Shown here one piece after another: positions 17,877 through 26,100 of a DNA stretch of 42,027 nt (position 1 is its first letter; the number at the start of each line of letters is the position of its first letter). The translations under genes were made by a program, and so were the position numbers. The notes beneath the pieces were generated by a model. The model searched no databases. It was not told the DNA's origin and worked only from the letters and a program-made list of their open reading frames with translations. The stretch is from a virus (Duplodnaviria; Caudoviricetes), in the IMG/VR virus record IMGVR_UViG_3300037483_001069, positions 1-42,027 of that record; one strand, written 5' to 3'.

Positions 17877-19513
17877 TGCTCCTCGGCGACGCTCCCCTCG
17901 GGGACCGCCCCTTCGGCGACTTCGACACCACCTACTCGGAGGCGGTGGCCGATGCGCTGGAGGCGCTGCTGGCCGAACCGTGGCGGCTGCGGTCCTGGTG
18001 GCTGAGGGCCCTCCCACGGGATGGCGCCGGCGAGGTGGCCCTCGACCTATCAACCGACGGCCACAAGACCTTCCCAACCGACGCCGAAGAGATTCAGCTC
18101 CCGGAAGCGCTCGTGAAGCCCTACAGCGTCACCTTCGGTCTCCCGGCGAACCAGCTGTGGGGCATGGCGGAGATGAGCGAGGGAGCCATCGTCGTCGGCA
18201 ATCGCGGAACGCAGTCGAGCTTCAAGTGGACCTACCTCGCCGACCTGAACTGGGTAGGGCGGCAAGCCGCGGTCTACGTCGGGCCGCGCGGCGGCCGGCA
18301 GGCGCAGTTCGCCCGCGTCGCCCAGCTCATCACCCGACAGGTGCAGTGGGACCGGTCGAGCCTGTCGCTCATCGTTGACGACCACGGCTTCCTGTTCGAC
18401 CGGCAGGTCCAACCAACCCTCTATGCCGGCACCGGCGGGCTCGAGGGCGACGACTCCATCAAGGGCAGGCCGAAGCCGCTGCTCTTCGGTCGGGTGCCGC
18501 GGTTCGAGCCGGTGGTGGTCGATGGACCGAACAGGATCTATCAGCTAAACGACGGCTCCATGCAGGCGGTCGACTTCGTCCAGGACAAGGGCATTGCGTT
18601 GTCGTTCAACGCCAACGTCGCCGACATCACCGCCAGCGTCCCGCCGGCCGGGACGTACAACACCTCACTGGCCACCGGCTACATTCGCCTGGGCTCGACC
18701 CCGATCGGGACGGTGACCTGCGCGGCCCGTGGGCACGCCGGGTCGACCTACGGCTACGTCGATACAGCGGCCGGCCTGGTCAAGCTGCTGGGCGTCGTCT
18801 TCGCCGGCCTTGCTGACCCCGGCGAGCTCGACGGCGCCGCCTTCGCCGTCCTCGCCGCCTACACCGCCGTCGTCGGCCACTACACCGGCACCGAGCCGGC
18901 GACCATCCGCGACGTCGTCAACGCCGTGCTCAGCTCGACGGCATCATGGGCCTGGCTCCGGCCCGACAAGGTGTTGACCGTCGGGCGCCTCACCGATCCC
19001 GACACCACCACCCCGGAGTTCACGCTCGATTCAGCCGCCGACCAGATCAGGATCTCGCCCTGGGAGATCCAGCCGTGGGAGGTCCCGGTCTGGAGGGTGC
19101 GCGTCGGATTCAAACGCTACTGGCGGGTGATGTCCGACAGCGACTTGGCCGGCGCCGTGCCGGAAGAGACCCGCCGCGACTATGCGGAGGAGTACCGGTA
19201 CGTCACAGCCAAAGACGACGCCACGCTGGCGGACACGCCCGACGCGGCCGACATCACCATCTTGACTCAGCTGTACGCCGAGGCCGACGCCCAGGCCCTC
19301 GCCGACGCGCAGCTCGCCCTCCGCAAGGTACCGCGGCGACACTTCAAGTTCGCACCGCGCATCGGCCTGATCCAGCGCGGCATCGGGTCGGTGTTCGAGC
19401 TGGCCGACGACCACCTGCCGACGACGCCGAAGCGGTGGGTAGTGGTCGGCGTCGTCAACGAGGCCGAGACCGACGGCAACGAAGACCAGATCGTCTGGAC
19501 GTGCTTCGGGTAG
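17876..19513 (+). CDS. Tail tip/baseplate hub-like protein
   Basis: Directly after tape measure; YAGTGGLEG...KG.PKP..FG.V motif and G...LG..P.G.VT seen in prophage tail proteins. Confidence 0.75.
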   Translation: MLLGDAPLGDRPFGDFDTTYSEAVADALEALLAEPWRLRSWWLRALPRDGAGEVALDLSTDGHKTFPTDAEEIQLPEALVKPYSVTFGLPANQLWGMAEMSEGAIVVGNRGTQSSFKWTYLADLNWVGRQAAVYVGPRGGRQAQFARVAQLITRQVQWDRSSLSLIVDDHGFLFDRQVQPTLYAGTGGLEGDDSIKGRPKPLLFGRVPRFEPVVVDGPNRIYQLNDGSMQAVDFVQDKGIALSFNANVADITASVPPAGTYNTSLATGYIRLGSTPIGTVTCAARGHAGSTYGYVDTAAGLVKLLGVVFAGLADPGELDGAAFAVLAAYTAVVGHYTGTEPATIRDVVNAVLSSTASWAWLRPDKVLTVGRLTDPDTTTPEFTLDSAADQIRISPWEIQPWEVPVWRVRVGFKRYWRVMSDSDLAGAVPEETRRDYAEEYRYVTAKDDATLADTPDAADITILTQLYAEADAQALADAQLALRKVPRRHFKFAPRIGLIQRGIGSVFELADDHLPTTPKRWVVVGVVNEAETDGNEDQIVWTCFG

Positions 19514-19514
19514 G

Positions 19515-20333
19515 ATGGGGAAAGTGTACCTGCTCTCCACCATCAACACCGACCGCCTGCTGAGCCTCACCGCCAGCGAAGAAATCGCGACATTCGAGGT
19601 CGAGAACCTACAGGACCCGCTACCGACCGCGAGGTGGCGATCGACCGGTCTGACCCCCTACGTCGTCGGCCAATTCGCCGAAGCCGTGACCATCGACTTC
19701 TGGGGGGCTTGGTACGTCAACGCCCGCGCTGGCGACCAGGCCCGCCTCCGTCTCGCCAGTTCCCAAGGCGGCCTGACGGCCGCGCCAGACCTCGACACCG
19801 GCATGCTGGACGTCCAGCCCGGCACCGCCAACCTCGACGACTGGTTCGGTCCTGGTCAGCTCGGCTACGTCCACCAGCGCAGCAAGATCGCCGCCGCCGA
19901 TCAGGTCTCGGGCACCTGGTTCCGCATCGACTTCGACTTCACCGGGAATAGCGACGGCTACGTCCAGGCCGGCGCTCTCTTTCTCGCCACGATGCTGGAG
20001 CCCACCCGCGGTGCCGAGCCCGGCTGGGAGTACCGCCCAGTCAACCGCGGCATGCATGAGGTCTCCTACGCCGCCGGCGGAACTGGTCGTGGTGGCGGCG
20101 GACAGAGGCGGGACGTGGTGTTCAAGATCCGGCGCATGACCGAGGCCAACGCCTCTGGCGTGATCAATCCTCTCTTGCGCGAGCGTGCCGGCGTCCTTCC
20201 GGTCGGCATCGTGCTGGACGAGAGCGACGACTACCCCATGGATCACATGTTCTTCGGCTACCTCGATGCGCGGGCGGTGCCGAACACGTTCCTCCGCAAC
20301 TACTCCCTCGACGCGCAGATCACGGAGCCCTGA
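19515..20333 (+). CDS. Tail tip protein (distal tail-like)
   Basis: VENLQ.P....WRS, R/WFRIDF, GYVQAG.LF motifs; within tail operon. Confidence 0.65.
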   Translation: MGKVYLLSTINTDRLLSLTASEEIATFEVENLQDPLPTARWRSTGLTPYVVGQFAEAVTIDFWGAWYVNARAGDQARLRLASSQGGLTAAPDLDTGMLDVQPGTANLDDWFGPGQLGYVHQRSKIAAADQVSGTWFRIDFDFTGNSDGYVQAGALFLATMLEPTRGAEPGWEYRPVNRGMHEVSYAAGGTGRGGGGQRRDVVFKIRRMTEANASGVINPLLRERAGVLPVGIVLDESDDYPMDHMFFGYLDARAVPNTFLRNYSLDAQITEP

Positions 20334-21379
20334 TGGCCGACAGCTACCCGACCCTCTGCAAGACCACCACCAACACCACCGGCACGAACAACTACGTCCT
20401 GGCGACGGCGAACTCGGCCGGCCCGTACCAGACGCCGAAGCAGGCGAAGGTCCGGGGATCCCTCGCGGACGGCGCCATCGTCCACTACCTCTGCCGCGAC
20501 CCAGAGGTCCTCGGCGACGCCAGTTTTGAGCGCGGGCTCGGCGTCTATACCGACTCGACGAACACCGTCACGCGGCTGGCCGCTAATGTGCTGGACGGCT
20601 CGAACGGGCCCGGCGTCCTGGTGACGTGGGCGCTGACCGGCACGCGCGACTTTTATATCCTCGGCGCGGTGCCGGAGCTGCTGGTGCACACCACCGGCGA
20701 CGAGATCATCGCCGGCGCGAAGACGTTCAGCGGCCCGGTGTCGGTCGCCAAGCCATCTGGCGCGGTGGCGCTCATCGTGCAGACAGGGGATGCCTCGATC
20801 GCGGACGTGATCCTCACCAACTCGGTCACGTCGTGGTTGCTGCGCATCGCGGCGAGCGGCAACTTCCAGCTCTTCAAGACCGGCACCGGCGGGGTCGGAG
20901 CCTTCATCATCAACGCCGCGGCTCCGAACAGCGCGTTGACCATCGGGGCGGCGGAGATCACCGCTGGGGTAGCGATCAAGAACGCGAGCGGGGTGCCGTA
21001 CGAGAACTTCGCCGGTAGCGGGGCCACGGCCTTGGTGTTCTATCAAGCCGCAGCTCCGACTGGATGGACGAAGAGCACGACTAACAACGATAAAGCCCTG
21101 CGGGCGGTCAGCGGGAGCGGTGGCGTGGCCGGCGGCACGCTCGCATTGTCAAGCGCCAACGTCGGCGCTACTTCGCTCTCCATCGCTCAAATGCCTGCGC
21201 ATACCCACACCATTGACCGCACAACCAATCAAGCGGTCGGCGGGTCCGGTGCGAAGACGGCTGAAGATGCCGGCGGGTTTGCCAATGACACCGCGACCAA
21301 TAGTGCCGGATCTGGCGATACCCACACTCACTCGCTGGCCCTGGCGTACATTGACGTGATCGTGTGCAGCAAGAACTAG
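20333..21379 (+). CDS. Tail fibre protein (no signal peptide)
   Basis: ET/KTT.TTGT and E.G.G.Y N-terminal motifs, VHTTGDE.IAG.KTFS, F.QAAAPTGWTK...DKALR.VSG, LSIAQMPAHTH, Y.DVIVCSK collar/C-terminal motifs. Confidence 0.85.
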   Translation: MADSYPTLCKTTTNTTGTNNYVLATANSAGPYQTPKQAKVRGSLADGAIVHYLCRDPEVLGDASFERGLGVYTDSTNTVTRLAANVLDGSNGPGVLVTWALTGTRDFYILGAVPELLVHTTGDEIIAGAKTFSGPVSVAKPSGAVALIVQTGDASIADVILTNSVTSWLLRIAASGNFQLFKTGTGGVGAFIINAAAPNSALTIGAAEITAGVAIKNASGVPYENFAGSGATALVFYQAAAPTGWTKSTTNNDKALRAVSGSGGVAGGTLALSSANVGATSLSIAQMPAHTHTIDRTTNQAVGGSGAKTAEDAGGFANDTATNSAGSGDTHTHSLALAYIDVIVCSKN

Positions 21380-21388
21380 GAGGGTGCC

Positions 21389-21892
21389 ATGGGGAAATGC
21401 GCGATCATCGGTGCGGTTTGCCCCGAAACCGCGGACGCCGCGAAAAAGCTCTACTGCCCACACTGGGCTGACTCGATTCCGGAAGTAGAGCGCGATGGCT
21501 CCGGTCGAATCATCGCCGAGACCTACTACCGCGGCTGCTACCTCCGTCGGCAGGTGCTCTATCAACTCGCCGTGACGGTCGAAGCCGCGCATAGCTCGAA
21601 GGCGTATGCCCAGGCCCGAGAGGTCGTACTCTCGGCCGTGGCTGGTGGCGAACCGCCAGTACTGCGGGCACTTGTTGAGCTAGGGCTGCTGTCACTGGCA
21701 GGCGAGAGGCGAGGCGGGCACCTCGGGGTGCCCGCCAACGATACAGCCGGGCTACTCGGCGATGGACCGCACCAGCAGGACCAGGCGGCGGTCACCGCCG
21801 GGGGCGCGGACGCGGATCACGACGCCGCTCAGGGTGACCACCATCTCGGTGGCGATGCTGCGCGCCTTGCAGGCGAGGTCACCGATCACTAG
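21389..21892 (+). CDS. Hypothetical Cys-rich protein after tail fibre (possible fibre chaperone)
   Basis: RBS GGAGG; C..IG..C...CPHW...GC pattern; 3' part overlaps a convergent gene. Confidence 0.5.
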   Translation: MGKCAIIGAVCPETADAAKKLYCPHWADSIPEVERDGSGRIIAETYYRGCYLRRQVLYQLAVTVEAAHSSKAYAQAREVVLSAVAGGEPPVLRALVELGLLSLAGERRGGHLGVPANDTAGLLGDGPHQQDQAAVTAGGADADHDAAQGDHHLGGDAARLAGEVTDH

Positions 21893-22084
21893 GAAGGTCC
21901 CCTCGTCGGCGTTGATCTCGGCGTAGTCGAGGCCCTTGCCGTCATCGCAGGTGACGGCGGTGCCGGAGCGGACCTCGACCGAGCGGACCTTGACGATGGC
22001 CGCGAATCCGACCTCGGCATCCGCCGCCGGGGCGGCGAGCAAGGCGAGGACGATGGCGACGATGATGCGGGTCTTCGTGATCAT
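21752..22084 (-). CDS. Small exported hypothetical protein
   Basis: RBS AAGGAGG; signal peptide MITKTRIIVAIVLALLAAPAADA; 2 Cys. Confidence 0.6.
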   Translation of the reverse strand: MITKTRIIVAIVLALLAAPAADAEVGFAAIVKVRSVEVRSGTAVTCDDGKGLDYAEINADEGTFLVIGDLACKARSIATEMVVTLSGVVIRVRAPGGDRRLVLLVRSIAE

Positions 22085-22350
22085 GATTTCCTCCTTGGTT
22101 GGTCGATCAATCCCGGATTCCTCGAGGCAACATCAACGGCGTCGCGGATTCCTTGCAGGTAGGCCGAAGCAAGCAGATCCAGGACGTCCATGTTGATCCC
22201 GTGGCCCAGCCGGTTGTCACGGGTCCATCGGAGCTGGGCCTGCGCCCACATGACGAGTAGCGGTTGAAGCCGTTGGCGTCCCACCTGCATCGCCGCCTCT
22301 TCCTCCGGGCTCGACGGGTGAAAGCTGGCGAGCGGTTTCTGCCTGGCCAT
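22081..22350 (-). CDS. Hypothetical protein (MARQKPLASF...)
   Basis: RBS GGAGG before ATG 22350; coupled to neighbours. Confidence 0.55.
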   Translation of the reverse strand: MARQKPLASFHPSSPEEEAAMQVGRQRLQPLLVMWAQAQLRWTRDNRLGHGINMDVLDLLASAYLQGIRDAVDVASRNPGLIDQPRRKS

Positions 22351-22550
22351 TACACCGCCTCCCACTTCCCCGACAGCCCCAGCTCGAGTCCATGTAGGCA
22401 CGCCTCGATGGCCGACCCGTACGGCCCCAGCTCCGGCCCCTCGGCGATGATGTACCACGCCTCGGGCTCGCGCTCCTGTGGCGGCAGCGACAGATAGGCA
22501 CCACCCGGGCAATCAGCGGCGCGCTCGGCGCGGTCAGTGGCGGTCGTCAC
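22350..22550 (-). CDS. Hypothetical protein
   Basis: GTGA-coupled start; WY...GP..GPYGS..EA motif common in small phage proteins. Confidence 0.5.
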   Translation of the reverse strand: MTTATDRAERAADCPGGAYLSLPPQEREPEAWYIIAEGPELGPYGSAIEACLHGLELGLSGKWEAV

Positions 22551-22738
22551 GGCGTCGCCCGCCGCCGCGGAGCGGCCTGCTTGGGGATCGTCTTGACCGC
22601 CCGCTCCCCGTAACGAGCGACCAGGTGGGCCAAAAATTCCGGCGCGTGCGTATCGACACGGCCGGCGAGGTCGGTGATTGCGGCCTTGGTCTCGGGGTAG
22701 ACCCGGACTTTGTCGGTGGCGCGGCGCACGTCGCTCAT
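22547..22738 (-). CDS. Small putative ribbon-helix-helix-like DNA-binding protein
   Basis: 63 aa; KVRVYPETKAAITDLA beta-alpha-alpha pattern; coupled on both sides. Confidence 0.4.
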   Translation of the reverse strand: MSDVRRATDKVRVYPETKAAITDLAGRVDTHAPEFLAHLVARYGERAVKTIPKQAAPRRRATP

Positions 22739-22983
22739 CGGGGCGCCTCGAGGATCGCCTGGGCTTTGTTGGTGAGCAGGCCGGCCGCGACCGCCTCCAC
22801 GATGGCGAACATCGCGATGCGGTCCGTGGCGCTCTTGGTGTCCGCGAAATCAACGCCCAGACGGAGACAGCCACGGAGCCATCCGGAGAGGTAGTCGAGC
22901 GCGTGGCAGCGCTGTCCGGTCGAGCCGTACAGCAGCTCCTGGGCCGCTTGCGCCAGCGGGACGGCAGTGACCGGCAGGCTCAC
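22735..22983 (-). CDS. Hypothetical protein
   Basis: GTGA-coupled start (VSLPVTAV...), ATGA-coupled stop. Confidence 0.5.
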   Translation of the reverse strand: MSLPVTAVPLAQAAQELLYGSTGQRCHALDYLSGWLRGCLRLGVDFADTKSATDRIAMFAIVEAVAAGLLTNKAQAILEAPR

Positions 22984-23195
22984 GGGGCCACCTCGGCGAG
23001 TTTGGCCGCGTTGCGCAAGGCCTCCGCGCGCTGAGCCGGGGTAGCGGCATCCCAGTCCCGGAGCATTCCGCGGATGACCTCGCAGCTCTCGGCGTCGGCC
23101 ATTGACTGCGCCTTCCCGCCGTGGCGCTCGGCGTATGCGCGGGCGCGGCGCTCGGTGATCCCGAACATCCGCTGGAGGAAGGCGAGGGCGATCAT
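22980..23195 (-). CDS. Hypothetical protein
   Basis: RBS GAGGAGG; coupled chain of small ORFs. Confidence 0.55.
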   Translation of the reverse strand: MIALAFLQRMFGITERRARAYAERHGGKAQSMADAESCEVIRGMLRDWDAATPAQRAEALRNAAKLAEVAP

Positions 23196-23425
23196 GCTTC
23201 CTCCTCATCAGCGTTCCCTCGCAGTCCGACCGCTGCGAGCTTCTCTCGCCACTCCTGCGTCGTCATAGGGACCCCCTTCTGGTGCGTTCCAACCACGACC
23301 ACGACGAACTCCTGACCGGGCGGCGGTGAGTAGTCTACCCAGAGGCGCCGCATCTTGCCGTCCTCGCCTTCGTTGTCGTAGTGGGCGCGAAAGGTCCGGA
23401 GACGCTGCGGTCCGAGGACGCTCAC
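23192..23425 (-). CDS. Hypothetical protein
   Basis: GTGA/ATGA coupling to both neighbours. Confidence 0.5.
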   Translation of the reverse strand: MSVLGPQRLRTFRAHYDNEGEDGKMRRLWVDYSPPPGQEFVVVVVGTHQKGVPMTTQEWREKLAAVGLRGNADEEEA

Positions 23426-23643
23426 TCGATGGGTTCCGTCTTGTGAATTGCCAACATGGCGTCGAGGAGCTTCTTGAGTTGCGAGACCGATCCCCAGTCT
23501 ACGACGATGTGCCTTTCCTCTTGGGAGAGGATGAGCGACCCGCCCGCGTCGATCGACGCGGAGATGGGCGCGTTGGGCAAGTCTTCGTTGCCGGTTTCTT
23601 GGTGCAGCAGGTGGGCGTGGTTGAACAACCGCTCGATCGTCAT
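23422..23643 (-). CDS. Hypothetical protein, first gene of small leftward operon (MTIERLFNH...)
   Basis: RBS AAGGGAGG before ATG at 23643; promoter immediately upstream. Confidence 0.55.
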   Translation of the reverse strand: MTIERLFNHAHLLHQETGNEDLPNAPISASIDAGGSLILSQEERHIVVDWGSVSQLKKLLDAMLAIHKTEPIE

Positions 23644-23667
23644 CGGTTCGTCCCTCCCTTTCTGGCT

Positions 23668-23696
23668 ACGGTACCCCGCGCGGTGCCCCGTGTCAA
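23668..23696 (-). promoter_or_regulatory. Sigma70-type promoter TTGACA-N17-TACCGT
   Basis: Perfect -35, 17-bp spacer, TAnnnT -10, about 25 bp upstream of the first leftward ATG. Confidence 0.65.
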
Positions 23697-23767
23697 GGGG
23701 GTGGCCGCCGAGTTTACAAATCTGTAACACGGCCATCGGATAGACTGCCGACGAGGAGGGACCGGCA

Positions 23768-24322
23768 ATGCAAACCGTCTACGTCCAGCGGGAAGGATGG
23801 GGGGCCGACGACAAGCTCCCCCGGCTCGGCCACCTGGTGGCGCCGGAGAAGCGGACGGAGGTCTTCGTCCACCACACCGTCACTCTGGATTCCGACAGCA
23901 CCCCCAACGAGTGGGAGACCTGGACTGAGATCGCGGCCAAGATGCGCTTCCTCCAGACCTGCCGGCCCGATCTGGGCCTCGACGTGCCGTACACGGCTGT
24001 CGCCTTCTGTACGCCTGACCGCCTGGTGGTCTGTGAGGGCCGCGGGCTCTACCGCACCGGCGCTCACACCCCCGACCACAACACCAGCGCCCTTGGGGTC
24101 GCCTTCGCCGGCGACTTCGAAGCCAAGCCGGCGCCGGCGAACCTCGACTGGCGGTTGATCGAGCTGGGGCAGTGGCTCGGTGGTCTGCGGGACTTCGGCT
24201 TCCCCGCCCTCGGCACCTCCCGTCCCAGCCCCGATCGGATCGCGTGGGGTCACCGCGAGCAAAGGGCCACGGCCTGCCCCGGCAAGCTCCTCTGGGAGCG
24301 GCTGCCGCTGATCCAGTTCTAG
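23768..24322 (+). CDS. N-acetylmuramoyl-L-alanine amidase (PGRP/T7 lysozyme-like endolysin)
   Basis: REGWGA, VFVHHT, DVPY, EGRG..GAHT..HN...LGVAFAGDF, GHRE..ATACPG zinc-amidase motifs; RBS GAGGAGG. Confidence 0.92.
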   Translation: MQTVYVQREGWGADDKLPRLGHLVAPEKRTEVFVHHTVTLDSDSTPNEWETWTEIAAKMRFLQTCRPDLGLDVPYTAVAFCTPDRLVVCEGRGLYRTGAHTPDHNTSALGVAFAGDFEAKPAPANLDWRLIELGQWLGGLRDFGFPALGTSRPSPDRIAWGHREQRATACPGKLLWERLPLIQF

Positions 24323-24452
24323 GGCCTGGCGCGAAGTCCCTGACCACCGATTTGCTGCCAGGCTGCTGGGCGCCTCGTCGCGCGTCCTGCGCTGTCGGTG
24401 TCGCCAGAGCCCTACCCCACGCACTCGGCGCGTGGCGCGATTGTGGGGCCTC

Positions 24453-24704
24453 CTACGGGCTCAGCTCTCTTGACGGATCTTCCGGCGCCACCAAGCCCAG
24501 CAGCCGCGCCCACGCCGCGTCGACCCGGACGAAGTCGGCAAGCGGCGCCAACGGCTTGTCCGGCGGCCAGAAGAGCCGCACGCCGTCGGGATCGCGGCGC
24601 TGTCGGAGACGAGGAACGGTCCCGGTGGCTGCCGTATCGTGGCGCTCCCGTCGACGGCGCCAGCGGTTCGCCTGTGCCGGGCTCATCCGACCGGGTGCGA
24701 TCAC
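24453..24704 (-). CDS. Hypothetical protein
   Basis: GTGA-coupled to HNH gene; weak support otherwise. Confidence 0.35.
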   Translation of the reverse strand: MIAPGRMSPAQANRWRRRRERHDTAATGTVPRLRQRRDPDGVRLFWPPDKPLAPLADFVRVDAAWARLLGLVAPEDPSRELSP

Positions 24705-24997
24705 TCGAACCTCCCGCGCGCATCCCGCGGCTGTTCGTTGGCGTGCCGACGGTTGTGCTCGGCGCCGTCTGGGTAGTGCCTGAGCTTGGCGAGTCGGTCG
24801 TCGTCGAGGTCGCCGCGGTGGTCGACGTGCTCGGAGGCCTGGAGCGGCCGGCCCAGCTTCTCCGCCACCCGCAGCCTGGAGCGCCACTGCTGGCCGGCTT
24901 GGTTGGCGAGGGGGTGAGCGCGGCCCAGGTAGACGCGGACTCGGCCGCGGACGTCTTTGGCCTGGCGGGGGTACTGCTTGCCGCGGCCGAGCTTCAT
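24701..24997 (-). CDS. HNH endonuclease-like protein (degenerate motif)
   Basis: HP.A...RL.VAEKLGRPL...EHVDH..D..D.RL.KL...EHNRRH matches phage HNH layout but with Asn to Asp/Lys changes. Confidence 0.65.
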   Translation of the reverse strand: MKLGRGKQYPRQAKDVRGRVRVYLGRAHPLANQAGQQWRSRLRVAEKLGRPLQASEHVDHRGDLDDDRLAKLRHYPDGAEHNRRHANEQPRDARGRFE

Positions 24998-25926
24998 CGC
25001 GGAAACTCCTTCCGCGCCCACAGTCGGTCCGGGATGCGCCCCTGCTCGCCGGGCCTGAAGGCGCCATCCTGCTTGACAAACAGCGGCACACCGGCAGTAT
25101 CGCATTGCTCGGCGACGCTTTCCAACCAGGCAAGATCGAAGGGGCGGCGGTTGGGGCCGGACTCACCGCCGATGACGAGCCAGTTGAGGAACCTTCCGTC
25201 CTGGGCTGCCGTCCAGACGCACGGATCGCAGTCACCGCAGCCACCGCCGGACGCGGCCCATCCGAAAGTACATTGCCTCATCCACCGTGCGAACCGCACC
25301 GCCTCAAGCGCCGGCTCGTAGCTCACGAACCGCACGACGGCGGGGCATTCGAGCAGGAACGGAATCCGTTCATCGGCTCGCTGCTGATCCTCGGCGCTGG
25401 TGCCGAGCCAGACGTTCGGGAGGGCCCACCCGTGATTGGGAGCCATGAACTCTGGCAACTCCATCGCGATGCCGGCCGAGATTACGCAGAAATCAGCCTC
25501 GCCCCGCGGAAGCCCCAGCGCGATCGTTCTCCGCGTTGCCCAGTCGAACCACTTACTCGCCCGCTCCGGATGCTTCGTCAAGATCTGAAACGTGTGCTGC
25601 GGGCAGGCCGCCATTACCCCGAAGACTGCGGCGATGACCTCGTTGGAAAGCGCCGGATGGAAGAGATCCGAGAGCGAGTTGACGAAGATCATCCGCGGCT
25701 TGCGCCAGCGCAGCGGCCGGTCGAGCATGGACGGGATCAGCTCGACCTTGCGAGTCCACCGCGGCCCCGCCGGAGTCTGCTCGGCGAAGCCCTCGCCCCA
25801 TGTCCCGGAGTGCCGGGCGGTGAGCGCCTCCGCGTAGCAGTTGACGCAGCCGGGAGATACACGGGTGCAGCCGCGGACAGGATTCCACGTCGCGTCCGTC
25901 CAACCGATGCCGGTCCGTTCGGCCAT
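24994..25926 (-). CDS. Phage Gp37/Gp68 family (DUF5131) radical-SAM-like protein
   Basis: T.I.WTDATWNPVRGCTRVSPGCVNCYAE, IFVNSLSDLFH, PQHTFQILTK, NVWLGTS.EDQ, RFVSYEP.L, W..IGGESGP, FVKQ. Confidence 0.95.
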   Translation of the reverse strand: MAERTGIGWTDATWNPVRGCTRVSPGCVNCYAEALTARHSGTWGEGFAEQTPAGPRWTRKVELIPSMLDRPLRWRKPRMIFVNSLSDLFHPALSNEVIAAVFGVMAACPQHTFQILTKHPERASKWFDWATRRTIALGLPRGEADFCVISAGIAMELPEFMAPNHGWALPNVWLGTSAEDQQRADERIPFLLECPAVVRFVSYEPALEAVRFARWMRQCTFGWAASGGGCGDCDPCVWTAAQDGRFLNWLVIGGESGPNRRPFDLAWLESVAEQCDTAGVPLFVKQDGAFRPGEQGRIPDRLWARKEFPR

Positions 25927-26100
25927 CTACCGCCCCCTCTCCCGTCTCCGCACTCGAAGCGGAGCCAGCTCGACGATCGCCGACCAGACGAGCGCGGCGA
26001 GGGTAAGAACCACGCCGGCGAAGACCGGAAAGGCGTCGACGGCGAAGACTCCGGCGGCCGTCCCGGCCAGTGCCGGCGTCAACAGGGCGGCGTACCTCAC
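25927..26100 (-). CDS. Small membrane protein
   Basis: GTGA-coupled; 57 aa, two hydrophobic segments and a basic tail. Confidence 0.5.
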   Translation of the reverse strand: MRYAALLTPALAGTAAGVFAVDAFPVFAGVVLTLAALVWSAIVELAPLRVRRRERGR

